From Hyaloraphidium curvatum SAG 235-1 (lineage: Eukaryota > Fungi > Monoblepharomycota): a stretch of DNA of 64,000 bases. Positions 11,541-22,602 of this stretch are shown in pieces. Below the pieces are notes generated by a model, which searched no databases, was not told the DNA's origin, and was given only the letters and a program-made list of their open reading frames with translations. How positions within the stretch are numbered: position 1 is the stretch's first letter; each line of letters starts with the position of its first letter. The DNA lies in NCBI GenBank assembly GCA_025558095.1, contig JAIVFI010000028.1, forward strand, positions 496,001-560,000, in the 5' to 3' direction. Made by a program: the position numbers and the translations under genes.

Positions 11541-12689
11541 CTACTTGGCCCCACGCACGTCCCTCGCGAACGCCGCGAGCTCCATGGCCAGCTCCTTGGG
11601 CCTCTCCATCGCGCCAAAGTGCCCGCCCCTCTCCATCACCGTCCACCTGACGATGTTGGTATAGGTCGTCTCGGCCACCTTGCGCGGGGTCCTGAAGATC
11701 TCGTTCACGTACTCGGCGTGCCCCGTCGGCACCCCTATCGTGCACCCAACGGGGAGCGGCCACTGCCCGTGGTGCCGCGCGTAGTACGGCCAGAAGGTCG
11801 ACCCGACGGCGCCGGTGAACCAGTACAGCGAGATGTTGGCGAGCACCCTGTCCTTGGACACGGTGCCCCACAGGTCGCCGCCGTGGTCCACCCACGCGTG
11901 GAATTTCTCCCCGATCCAGGCGGCCAGGCCCGCGGGGCTGTCGGTCAGCCCGACCGCGAGCGTCTGCGGTTTGGTCTGCTGGATCTGCCGGTACCCGATG
12001 CCGTCGAACGACCACTTGGCGACGGCGTCCTTCATCCGCTTTTCCTCTGCGGTGTCGCCGATGGCCGGGTTGGGGTCGCTCAGGTAGAGGTACGCCAGGT
12101 GCAGCCCCAGGATGCGGTCGGGGTGCTCCGCCGCGAGCCGCGCGGCGATCGCCGCGCCCCAATCCTCGCCAAAGACGAAGAACTTCCCGATCCCCAGCGC
12201 GGCCATGAAGTCGGCCAGCACCGCCGTCATCTCCGCGATGCCCATCCGCGGCTGGCCCTCCTTCCACGACAGCCCGAACCCGGGCAGCCCGGTCGCGACC
12301 ACCTCGAACGCGTCCTCCGGGTCCTCCGGGTCGGTGAGAAGAGGGATGATGTCCAGGAACTCGGCGATGCTGCCGGGCCAACCGTGCAGCACGAGCAGCA
12401 CCGGCGCGTTCGGGTTCCTTTTCGCGGGCGCGCGGATGCAGTGCACGCGGGTGCCGCGGACGTCGGCGACGAACTGCGGGTGCGCGTTCAGGTCCGATTG
12501 GAATTTCGCAAAGTCGAACTTGGTGGCCCAGTGGTCGATCAGGTCGCGGACGAAGGAGGGCGGGGTGCCCGGCGCCCACGCGTCGTCGAGCGGCGGGGAG
12601 TCCGGGAGGCGCGCGCGCGCGAGGCGGGCGCGGAGGTCGGCGATGTCCGCGTCCGGGATGGAGAACTTGAAGGGCTGAACGGCGGTCAT
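11541..12689 (-). CDS. Epoxide hydrolase (EHN + alpha/beta hydrolase), intronless
   Basis: PFKFSIPDADIADLRARL N-domain, HGWP oxyanion motif, GEDWG nucleophile, DSPAGLAAWIGEKF, GGHFGAME. Confidence 0.93.
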   Translation of the reverse strand: MTAVQPFKFSIPDADIADLRARLARARLPDSPPLDDAWAPGTPPSFVRDLIDHWATKFDFAKFQSDLNAHPQFVADVRGTRVHCIRAPAKRNPNAPVLLVLHGWPGSIAEFLDIIPLLTDPEDPEDAFEVVATGLPGFGLSWKEGQPRMGIAEMTAVLADFMAALGIGKFFVFGEDWGAAIAARLAAEHPDRILGLHLAYLYLSDPNPAIGDTAEEKRMKDAVAKWSFDGIGYRQIQQTKPQTLAVGLTDSPAGLAAWIGEKFHAWVDHGGDLWGTVSKDRVLANISLYWFTGAVGSTFWPYYARHHGQWPLPVGCTIGVPTGHAEYVNEIFRTPRKVAETTYTNIVRWTVMERGGHFGAMERPKELAMELAAFARDVRGAK

Positions 12690-12839
12690 TGTGGGTGAAG
12701 TTGGGTGGGAGACCCCGGTTGCTCTTTGCCTCCCACCGGTCGGCCCAACTCATCGCTCCCCAGGTACGCAAACAGAAGAGGGTGTCATCAATCAGCAAGG
12801 CGTCTCGAGTTCCAAAAGCTATATCTCTGACTGCTTGCT

Positions 12840-13597
12840 ATCCCGTGCGGTCCCGCGACCGGATCCTTCCCGCGATGCGCCCGCAAGATTCCAATTCCGG
12901 GCCCAGCCAAAGTATCCCCCAGCCCCCGCTTCCGGCATGCGACCCGGCCCCCGGTATGCTCAGAGCGCGACGGTTCACGCTGGCCAGCCTGTGGTACGAG
13001 AACTGGGTGGGTACGGGACCGGTTCAGTGCAACGATCCGCGCTTATCCGGGCGGGAACACCCTCGCCCATCCTTCGTGACAGGACCGGCATGTACCACTC
13101 GCCCTTCCACATGAGCTTCCACCCGACCATCATGCACAAGGTGTACGTCGCCGTTCTCAACCCGGCCCACGCTGCCAAGGACCAGAGCGACAAGACGGCC
13201 CGCTCCTCCCTGGCCATCATCGACCTCAAGAAGATGCAGATCATCAAGGAGATCCGCTACATCGTCCGCGACAACGCAGAGCATGTCCCTCACGGACGAC
13301 CACAAGTACCTGCTCATGGCCGTGGGCGGCTTCCAGCGCTACGAGTCGGGCACCGTCATCGTCGACGTCGAGACGGACGAGATCGTCGGCTTCCTGCCCG
13401 GGTCGCAGGGCTCGCACGACATCGCGCCGGTGTACACGTCCGTCGACAAGCTCAAGAACTCGCGGTCCGTCGCGCTCTGAGCACATCGGGGGCCGGGTCG
13501 CATGCCGGAAGCGGGATCTGGGGGATCCTTTGGGCTCGGAATTGGAACCTTGCGGGCGCATCGCGGGAATGACCCGGTTGCGAAACCGCACGGGGAT
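12840..13597. repeat. Imperfect inverted repeat, arms ~12840-12973 and ~13467-13597
   Basis: The left arm (atcccgtgcgg...ttcccgcgatgcgcccgcaag...cccgcttccggcatgcgacccggccccc...gctcagagcgcgacgg) aligns with the reverse complement of the right arm at about 85-90% identity by manual alignment. Confidence 0.9.
12974..13480 (+). pseudogene. C-terminal fragment of a thiocyanate-dehydrogenase (TcDH)-like copper beta-propeller, with one intron
   Basis: Reconstructed as ..ENW|TGMYHSPFHMSF..KVYVAV..SLAIIDL..IKEI..D-x-QSMSLTDDHKY..GGFQRYESG..DVETDEIVGFLPGSQGSHDIAPVYTSVDKLKNSRSVAL*. Intron ~13007-13082 (GTGGGT..TGACAG); +1 lesions at ~13006 and ~13275; no 5' end. TcDH similarity is recalled, not searched. 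Confidence 0.65.
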
Positions 13598-13667
13598 GTT
13601 AGAAACACAGACATAAACACGGTGTTGGGGCAGCTGAAGTCACATTACTTCCATTCTCCCCAGCTCT

Positions 13668-15310
13668 TTACATCTTCGGTTTCTCGGCCTTCTCGATGGC
13701 CTCCACGGCCTCGACGACACGCAGCATGAGGTACGCGCTCCGCTCGTCCCCGCCGCCGGCGTGCATCAGGTTGGGCACGTAGCCGACTCCGATCTCGTGG
13801 TCGGGGTACCACTGCAAGACGGAGCCGCCGTTGCCTGCCGGGCAGAGTTTGTTGGTGAGTGTCAGCCGGCCGACGGAGCAGTCATGCGGCACGCTCCAAC
13901 CCACCAAACCATCCAACGGCCTCCCAGCCGGATTTGTGGAACTCGGGTGGGAAAGGTTTCCGGCTGCCTGTCTCGAGGTCGATCAGGTGCTGGGGAACGG
14001 CGATACCGGGGTCGGACTTGGCCCAGCCCGCCCATGTGTTGCGAACGGGGTAGCCAGAGACGGTGTCGGGTTGGTCTGAAATGCGGTCCGTCCGATTAGG
14101 CGACGGACAGGGGCAAGCGCGGGCGACGAACCGATGTTGCGCTCCTCGATCCTGTGCGCCTCCTCCCACGTCTTCTCCGACATGAGCCAGCCCTCGCCCT
14201 TGCGGCTCATGACGGAGGCCAGCGCCGCGATGCTGTACGCGTTGGAGACCGTGAATCCCGCGGCGGTCTCGCACTCGAGCAGGCTGGGCGAGTTGGCGTA
14301 GTTGCTCTCCTCCGCAGGCTCGCGCACGCGGTCCTTGAGCTTGGTGATGCCGGTCATCACCATCGAGCCCTGGAAGTGCTTGGGGTTGAAGCCGGGGGGG
14401 CGCTTCCAGTCCATCCTGGGGCGCAGCTGGTAGTCGTCCATGACCATGCGGCACACGCGGGGGTGGAGGGCGGGCGGCAGGCCGACATAGATCTCGATGC
14501 CGAGGCGCGGGTTGATTTCCTCCTTGAGGATCATGCCTTGGGACTTGCGCTGCGGGTGGGCGCGGCGGACGAGCTCTGTTGTGCCGAAGGCCGGTCAAAT
14601 GGGCCAACCGAAAGCTCCGCTGCCATCTGGGTCCCACCATTCAGGTACCAGCCCTGGGTGATGGCGTGGTAGGACTTGACCAGCTTGCCGCCGTGGTTGT
14701 GGGGCTGGGTCGCGATCCTGGCCGCGAGCTTGTCCAGGTCCTTGGCTTCGTCGATGGTTGGGTTGAACCCCTTGTCCTACCGGTGCCGGACCGTCAGCGC
14801 CGCGTCTCACGGACCTCAAGAAAGACACCAACGAGCCACGCGACGCCGCCCTGGTGGGTGAGAATGTCCCGCAGAGTCACGTTCTCCTTGCCACCCGCGG
14901 CAAACTCGGGCCAGAGCTCGGCGGCCTTGGTGTCCCAGCTCAGCCGGCCCTGCGAGATCATGGCGGCAACCACGATGGCCATCACAGCCTTGCCCGAGGA
15001 GAAGATGACCGAGAGCGTGTCGGGGCCGTAGAGTTTGGTCTTTGCGCGGTCCTCGTAGCCTCCCCACAGGCAGACGACACATTTCCCGCGGTGGAAAGCT
15101 GCAAACGAAGAGCCGAGCTCCTGGAAGTTGTACCCGAGCTTGCCGCCCTCCCGCAGCTGCAGCAGGAACTGGTCCCGGACGCGCTCGAAGCCCGGGGCGA
15201 CATAGCCTGCCGCGGGGTTCAGCGGCGCCGCGGGGAGCGAATCGTCGCGGGACGTTACCCGAGAGCGGCGGGTCGGTCGAGAAGACCTGGACGGGAACCG
15301 GCGGCGCCAT
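13668..15310 (-). CDS. Beta-lactamase-family serine hydrolase (EstA/AmpC-like), multi-exon
   Basis: GYVAPGFERVR, FSSGK (SxxK), WPEFAAGGKENVTLRDILTHQGG, YHAITQGW, GWFGNGGS; introns keep the frame. Confidence 0.9.
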
Positions 15311-15480
15311 CTGGACGCGTGCGGATGTGAGTGGGAGACGGAGCTTCTACCGGAGCGCCGTCCGTTCCGCCCGCCCACAGATCTCTATCACAGGTGCTTC
15401 GCCCCCTCACTCGCGATGGTCCGAAATCAGGACTCTCCAACACGTTGGTCTCTACATCTGCCAAAGACAAGGAAAGATCC

Positions 15481-17395
15481 TCACTTCTTCGACGCCTTCT
15501 TGATGGCGGCGTCGACCACCTTCATCAGCTCGAGCACCTTCTCCTCCTGCAGCCTCCCCGCCACGACCTGCACCCCGATAGGCGCATGCAGGTACGTCTC
15601 CGGAGTGTAGAACCCGTACAGCGCGCCCTCGAGCTCGTTCTGCGCCTTGAAATCCGCGGGCACGGCGTCGCTCGCGAGCACCTTGCCCCCCGGCACCACG
15701 CCCGCCGAGAGGTCGAGGAGGTTGTACATCACAGTATAAACGCAGGCGTGCACGTTGGTCGCGCTCTGGTGGTGCGGCGTCGAGGGCAGGCCGGTGGTGG
15801 GGCAGACGATGCCGTCGATGCCGGCCTCGAGCATGCGGGCCAGCCACCGCTCGCGGACGGCGTTGCGGTGGTTGTGGTAGTCCCAGAGGTCGCCGACCCC
15901 CACTGTCTTTCGGATCCGGCGCAACAAGGCGATGAGCAAAGCAGAAGAGACGCACGGCGAGGGTCCCACCTTGGGCTCCGAGGCTGCGACCCACTTCATC
16001 CCGTCGATCAGGTCCTCCCCTCCCTTCTTGAGCACCTCGAACAGCCTGTCGTTGTACGCCCCGAAGATCTGCCCCGCGCCCAGCGCCCAGATCTCCAGCG
16101 CATCCGACACGGGGAACTCGACCACCTCGTGGCCCTCGGCCTTGAGCGCCGCCACCGCGCCCTCGATGACCCTCCGCACGGGCGGGACCACGCGGTACAT
16201 GTCGGTGTCGATGAAGTAGCCGAAGCGGAGCTTGGCGGGGAGCTTCGCGGGCGTCCAGGCCATGGGGATGCACTCGGGGTCCTTGGCGGGGCCTTGCTGC
16301 ACCAGGAGGCGGGTGTACAGCTCGAGGTCGTCGACGGAGCGGCCCAGGGGACCGTTGGTAGGGACGATGAGCTGTGACGGGGTGAAGGTGAGCTCCACGG
16401 GAGCCAAGGCAGGGCGGGAAGCGGCCCACGTCGGGGGAGCCCTGGTCGAGAGCTTTGCAGCCGGCGTTGGGGAAGCGCCGGGCGGAAGGCTTGAGGCCGT
16501 AGACGCCGTTGATGGACGCCGGGAGCCGGACCGAGCCGCCAATGTCGCTGCCGACGCCGAGGAAGCTCGCGCCGCACGAGACGATGCAGCCTTCGCCCTG
16601 CAGGTCTCGCGGAATGAGCAAGGCCATTGCCCGGCAGACAAAGCGGAAGACCCACCCCGGACGACCCGCCGGCGCCGAGCTTGCGGTTGTGGATGTTGCG
16701 GACGTGTCCCCAAAGGTGGTTGTCGGATTCCCACGTCTTGCAACCCGACATCATCGACCGTCAGCAAAGAACACGGCATACCAACAACGGACCCACCATG
16801 AGAGCCTGCGGCACGTTGGTCTTGCAGTAGAGCACCGCGCCGGCGCCAAGCAGGATCTGCACGACCGACGAGTCGCGCTCGCTGATGTCGTCGTACCACG
16901 CGATGAAACCCCACGTGGTCCGCGTGCCCTTCTTGTCCTGGTCGTCCTTGATGGACACGGGCAGGCCGTGCAGCGGGCCCGTCGGCTTGCCGGTCTTGGC
17001 GAACTCGGCGTCCAGCCCCTCGGCGCGCTTGATGGCCTCGTCAAAAAAGATCTCGGTCAGGCAGTTGGTGAGCTGCTGCGCGAGGGCAGCGCGGTGGCAC
17101 ATCGCCCCTGCCAGGCGGGAGGAACGCGTGGGTGACGTCCGCGGGCGACATCCCTCCCGAACGCACTGGTGACCTCCGCCGACTTGAGCTCCCCGCTGGC
17201 CAGCTTCGCCACCGCCTCTGAGGCCGTAAGCGCCGTGATCCGCCGCTCCTCCTCGCTCAGCTTGCTCTCGATGAGGGCGAGCCCGCCGTGGTCGCCCGCG
17301 GCGTCGATTTCGGCGTCGGCCAGGCGCCATTCCGCGGGGATCGCGGCGAGGCGGGCGGCCGAAGCCTTGGCGGCGACGTCCTGCCACGTCGGCAT
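15481..17395 (-). CDS. Amidase-signature enzyme (acetamidase/FAAH-like), multi-exon
   Basis: GPLHGLPVSIKD (Lys), KTNVPQ, GGSSG|GEG, GSDIGGSVRLPA, GVYGLKPS, PIGVQVV. Confidence 0.93.
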
Positions 17396-17541
17396 GCTTG
17401 CGGGGGCGGAGGCGGTGCGGGGGAGGGGATGCGGAGCGGAAGCGGCGATGCGCTGTCGATCGCGGGAGCGCCAGAGCCGCCGTGTGGCCTCCCACGGAAG
17501 TGCGGCACCTTCCGGCGAATGCCTTCGTTCCCCGGCGCGCG

Positions 17542-18138
17542 ATGCCCGATGACGCGTCCGACGCGTCCGCGCCCCGCGACCGGTCCGCCCTGCTCTCCCC
17601 GGACACGCAGCACGCCCGCGAGTCCGCGCTCGCGGCCCTCCTCGCCCGCGTCTCCGCGGACCCCGGTACCGCCCTGCCGCCGGAAATCGGCGCGTTCCTT
17701 TCCGAACGCGAGGCGGACAGCCTGCTCGAGGGCGTCCTCATTGGCCTCGTCCTGGACGCGCGCGCGCGCGCCGCGGGGCGGAAGCCGACGCTGGACGTCG
17801 TGGCGAGGGTGCTGCCCGCCGTCACTTTCTGGGAAACAGACCTGCGCAATGCCGCCGCAGACGTGCTGAGGCGGTACGGAAGGAGTCCGAGGGAGGCATT
17901 CGGGGAGGTCGTGGACGCGTTCTCGCTCGAGGACAGGGGGAAGGTCGAGGAGCACTACTTTTACCAGGTGATGGGGAAGTTGACGGAGAAGATGCTGCCG
18001 GAGGATGGGAAGTGGTGGGAGGAGGCGAAGACGTGGGCGGAAGCGAGGGCGCACGGGGCCGTGGCCGAGAGCAGCCCGACGGAGCCGGGCACGGACGAGC
18101 GCGGAATTCACGATCCCCCCGGTGACGGCATGCCGTAG
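17542..18138 (+). CDS. Hypothetical protein (198 aa), divergent from the amidase
   Basis: ATG ORF with host-like GC3 codon bias; no motif recognised. Confidence 0.55.
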   Translation: MPDDASDASAPRDRSALLSPDTQHARESALAALLARVSADPGTALPPEIGAFLSEREADSLLEGVLIGLVLDARARAAGRKPTLDVVARVLPAVTFWETDLRNAAADVLRRYGRSPREAFGEVVDAFSLEDRGKVEEHYFYQVMGKLTEKMLPEDGKWWEEAKTWAEARAHGAVAESSPTEPGTDERGIHDPPGDGMP

Positions 18139-18639
18139 TAAGTCGGGATCAGCCCCGAGAATTGATCGGGGTGGTGCGCTGGCTCCGCTCTTGGCTACGA
18201 GGGAGCATTCCGGGCACCTACGAGTGAGGTCCTTATGTCGCCTCGATCCCCGGCGGTCCACGCGGAAATGAGCATGCGCCGTGAACGCATCCGTTTATCG
18301 TCCTCGCGGACGCTACGGGATGCGCCCGTGCGAACGGGGAAGGGGGGTAATGAGGGAGGGCGCCACCGGAACCAAGGGATTGTCCACATGGTACCTCTTC
18401 CAGCATCGAGCTCCAGTTTCCCCGGGCGACCACCGCGAGAATAGGAACGGGAACCAAGCCGGAACCTACGGAACAGAGAAATTGAGGGGGCCCGGGCGCA
18501 GAGGGCCGAGGGTCGGTCGGAAGCAGTGCGCGGCGACCGCGGCGCCGATCCCCAACAGGAGCCGGGGATCGCCGAGCAACTCTCGCGCGCCATTCCTCCC
18601 CCTTGCCTGCCGAAACGGAGTTCGCTTCGCGTAGGGACG

Positions 18640-20431
18640 ATGCTGAGCGTTGCCCGCCGGCCCCCGACGCCCATCGCGCGGCGGCGGCCGGACGAGGGCG
18701 GCGACGACTCGGACGATGAATCGGATGCGGCCAACGACTGGGCGGCGCTCGTGCAGCGCGCCGCGGCGCTGAAGCTCGCGGCCGACCTGGCGCCCGCCGA
18801 CGCCGTCGCCTTCGCGCCGTGGCCGGCGACGCCCGTCTCTCGCGCGCTCGTCTCGGCGATGGCCCCGCTGCCGGGCTCCGCGGGGCTGGTCACCGCCGCC
18901 GTGGACCGCTTCTTCCGCGTGGACCACGCCGCGTTCCCGTGCGTCAACCGCGCGACCTTCGAGCGGGCGCTGCTGCGGCCCACGCGCATCTACCCCTCGC
19001 CGCCGCAGGCGCTTGCGGTACGCCATCGCCGCGCTCGCCGTGCGGGTCGACCCGGCGGTGCCGCCGGACGTGCGGCTGCGGCTGGCCGGGGCGTGCCTGC
19101 AGCGCGCCCGCGATCTGCTCCTGGCCTCGGGCAGGATGGACCTCGAGGCCGCCCAGACCATGTTTTTCATGCTGGTGGCGCTGTTCCTCGCCGGCGCGCC
19201 GGGGCGGATGTTCCTCATCCTCCGGCGGTGCTGCGCGGCCGCGCAGGCACTCTACGAGGACATGCCTCCCGGCATCCCGCCGACCGTGGAAGAGTGGGTC
19301 GCGAAGGAGTCCCTGCTGAGGCTGCGGAGCGCGCTGGTGTCCCTCGACCAGGGCGTGGTGCTGAGCGGCGGGGCGAGCCAGACCTTTGGGAGCTACTACC
19401 ACCCGCACGACCTCGAGCTGCCCTGCTCGGACGAACTCTTCCTCCACCCGCACCCTGAAACCGCGTTCTCGCGGCTCTTTGCCGAGCCCCCGCCTCCCCC
19501 GATCCCCGTCGGCACCGGCGACGCCGGGTCCACGGCGGCCGTCACCGACGCCCTCGCCGCCGCCCCCTTCCGCGGCGGGTCGATCGTCACCCACTTCATG
19601 TTCTTCAACTACCTCCGCCACCTAGACCTCGTCGACCGCGCCGCCCCGGACGGCCCGCAGCGCTTCGCGGCCGCCACCGGCGCCGCCCTCCTCGACCGCG
19701 CCGTCTCCTCCCGCCTCCCCTTCGACCTGCGCGACCCCGCGCGGGGGATCGACCCCTTTGCCGCCGTCCTCCACCACGCGCGGCACTTTCCCTCCCTCGG
19801 CGCCGCGGTCGGGTGGCTCCAGTCCCACGCGCACTGCGAGGACCAGGTCGCGCTGGTGCTCGCCAAGTCGGGGTTCGGCAACGCGGCCGCGGAGAGGTTC
19901 CTCCGCGTCGCCGCCTGCCTGCGCGCGATGCTGGCTGCGGACCCGGGGTCGGAGTTTGCCCTCAATTCGACGGTGCCGATCGCCTACCGCGCCGGCCTGA
20001 TGCTGGTGGCCAAGGTCCGGGAGCGGATGGATGCGCCGCCGGGGGAGAGCGCGGACGAGGAGTGGGAGCGCCTGGCGGGGGTCGCGGAGCTCGCGGGGGC
20101 GCTGGACGTCGTGGCGCGGTACCTCGCCTCGACGGGGAACAAGTACGGGGTGCAGGCGAGGACCCTGGCGGACGAGTTTGCGGGGACGCTGGCGGGGATG
20201 GACCTGCCCAGGATCGAGTTCTCGGTGCGCGCGGTCAAGGGCAGGGCGGACGTGGAGGACGAGGACACGGTGCTGGAGGACGAGGAGGCCGAGGGCAAGG
20301 CGCTCTATTTCCCGGACAGCATGGTGCAGGACCCGAGGTCGTCGGTGCTGGGGAGGGGTGCTCTGAGCGACCTCGGGTCGCGGACGTCGCGGTCCTCGGA
20401 CTCGCGGTCCTCCGGGCTTGCGAGGCGCTGA
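18640..20431 (+). CDS. Fungal transcription-factor middle-homology-domain protein with no visible Zn cluster; +1 frameshift at ~19012 (possible pseudogene)
   Basis: FFRVDH..FPCVNRATFERALL..PPQAL/RYAIAALA..ARDLLLA..LEAAQT..EEWVAKESLLR..LELPCSDELF parallels the downstream paralogue. 5' end uncertain. Confidence 0.7.
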
Positions 20432-20584
20432 TTCGCGGCGGGGGACGCGGAGGACCGGGTTGCAGTGTGTACCGTCCCTGTGCTTGCTTCCGATTGCAAT
20501 GGTTGGCAGCGAATGACGGAAGAGTGGGGTCAGTGAGGCTGTGTCGATCCGCGGATCCACCGAAACGCCCGTGAAAATCGCGAC

Positions 20585-22516
20585 ATGCCCCCTCCCGCGG
20601 GATCCCGGCCGGCGTGCCTGAGGTGCTCGGATCTGCACAAACGCTGCGAGTACGCCGCCGCGGACGGGCCGTGCGGGCGGTGCCGCCGGCTGGGGCGGAA
20701 GTGCGAGCCGTCTCCGGCCCCAATCGCCGTCGTCCGGAAGATCGCGAAGCGCGGCGGCGGGCCGCCCGGCACCCGGACCGACGCGGGACCCGTGGGAGGC
20801 GCCGCCCGAGTCCGCGTCGGGGTGCCGCCGGGTGTTCCCGCCGCGTGGACGGCGCCCTCCCCGTCGCTGCTCTACGCGCGCCTCGCCATGTGGTGGGACG
20901 GCCCTTCCCAGGTTCTCGCCGTGGTGCACCGCGAGGCGTTCGAGGGCGCGTTCCTGAAGGGCGGCTCGCCCGTCTACGGGCCCAATCCCCCCGCCGCGCT
21001 CTTGTCGGCCATCGCCGCCGAGGGCGCCCTCGGAGCGGGCCACCTGCCCGGCATCGGGGCGGCCGATCGCCGCGCCTTTGGCCTCGCCCTCGTGGCCCGC
21101 GCCCGCGACCTCCTTCTCGCCGGCTTCCTTTCCCGCGACCCCGGGCATCGCCCCATGTCGGGCGTCGAGGCCGCGCAGACGTGCCTCGTGCTGAGCAGGC
21201 TGCTGTTCGGCGCAGACCGCGGGCTCGAGGCCAGCCTGATGGTCGCCGCCGGGGCCCGCGTAGCCGCGGCGTGCCTGCGGGACATCGGCGACGGCATCCT
21301 CGAGCTGCCCAAGGACAAGTGGCAGTGGGTCGCGCACGAGTGCGTGCTGCGCTGCGGCATCCACGCCGGCCTGGTCTCGGCCAGCGCCGCGCTGCACGCC
21401 AAGCTCGAGTTTTCCGCCGACCTCTTCGCCTCGCCTCTCCCGCTGCCGTGCCACGAGCTCTTCTTCGAGATGCGGCCCGCGGTGCACGCCCACGCCGTGC
21501 TGCGCACCTCGTTCGTCGGCGCCGGGCTGCCCCTCAGGGAGATCGTTGATCCCGGCCCGCTGCTCTCCCGGGTGCCGGACCCCGCCGCCTGTGCCGACGC
21601 CGCCCGGGCCTTCGTCGCCCCCGTGTTCCGCCTACGCGCGTCGCGGTACGCCGTGCTGCACCTGTTTTCCGTGCTCGAGCAGCTCGTCCACCGCCTCCGC
21701 GAGGACGCCGCATTGGCTGGGTTGGACCTCGTCTCCCTGGCCACGCAGGACCCCGCGGACGACACCCCGGCCGAGCGCGCCTTCCGCCTCGGGTCGGACG
21801 CCCTCACCTCCTGCATCGTCGCCGCCTCCTCCGCCGTCCCCCTCGAGTTTGGCGTCCCCCTCTCGCAGGGGGACCCCCTCCGCCTCCTCGCCCGCGCCGC
21901 AGCCCTCCTCTCCACCGAAACCCACGCGCACGCGCTCGTCGGCCTGTTCGCGTGCATCCACTCGCTCCCCGCGTGGCTGTGGCTCCAACCCCCCGGTTCC
22001 CATGCGGCACCGGGGCCGGCGTACTTCGCCTCGGGGGCGCTGATGGCCGTGCTGGAGCACGCGGCCGTGGCAGCGGACCTGATGCGCGCACAGACGGTCC
22101 TGGGCGCCGCACGCTGCGTGCACCAGAATTCCTTCACCTGCGCGATAAAGGTCGCCGCGCTGTACCTCGCGGCCGCGGGCACCGTGCGCGAGCCCCCCGC
22201 AAGGGAGCACGCGGCCGAAGGGGCGCGGGCCGCCTTGGGCCTCGCCGAGGCCGTGCTGGCCGGCTTCCCGATCGCCGCGAGGGCAAAGATGCCTCTCGTG
22301 AGGCGGATGGTGGCGGATTCGGGGGTCCCCCTCGCGATCGGCGATGCCGGTGGGTCGCCGCCTCCGCTGCCGGGGGCGCCGGGATCGGACGGGTCCGGGC
22401 GCAAGTCGGGGCAGGTGCCGTTCCTGGAGCTCGCGACGGCGACGGATCCGATCATTTCGGCGTTCCACGTGGACGGGGAGGCGGAGGAGCCCGAGGAGGC
22501 GAGGGCGGTGGAGTGA
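20585..22516 (+). CDS. Zn(II)2Cys6 fungal transcription factor, intronless
   Basis: ACLRCSDLHKRCE..PCGRCRRLGRKC binuclear cluster followed by a middle homology region. Confidence 0.88.
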   Translation: MPPPAGSRPACLRCSDLHKRCEYAAADGPCGRCRRLGRKCEPSPAPIAVVRKIAKRGGGPPGTRTDAGPVGGAARVRVGVPPGVPAAWTAPSPSLLYARLAMWWDGPSQVLAVVHREAFEGAFLKGGSPVYGPNPPAALLSAIAAEGALGAGHLPGIGAADRRAFGLALVARARDLLLAGFLSRDPGHRPMSGVEAAQTCLVLSRLLFGADRGLEASLMVAAGARVAAACLRDIGDGILELPKDKWQWVAHECVLRCGIHAGLVSASAALHAKLEFSADLFASPLPLPCHELFFEMRPAVHAHAVLRTSFVGAGLPLREIVDPGPLLSRVPDPAACADAARAFVAPVFRLRASRYAVLHLFSVLEQLVHRLREDAALAGLDLVSLATQDPADDTPAERAFRLGSDALTSCIVAASSAVPLEFGVPLSQGDPLRLLARAAALLSTETHAHALVGLFACIHSLPAWLWLQPPGSHAAPGPAYFASGALMAVLEHAAVAADLMRAQTVLGAARCVHQNSFTCAIKVAALYLAAAGTVREPPAREHAAEGARAALGLAEAVLAGFPIAARAKMPLVRRMVADSGVPLAIGDAGGSPPPLPGAPGSDGSGRKSGQVPFLELATATDPIISAFHVDGEAEEPEEARAVE

Positions 22517-22602
22517 GGCGTGGTATTGCTGGACTCAAACTAGGGCTTGCTCTACAGCAATTTTCGCGCGCCCGCCAATGTTGCGTCACCCGAGAATACC
22601 CA

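Noticed and set aside
12840-13597. MITE/Pack-MULE with terminal inverted repeats
   Set aside because: No target-site duplication or sharp ends, and the arm includes the gene's natural stop codon, which favours paralogue collapse. Not fully excluded.
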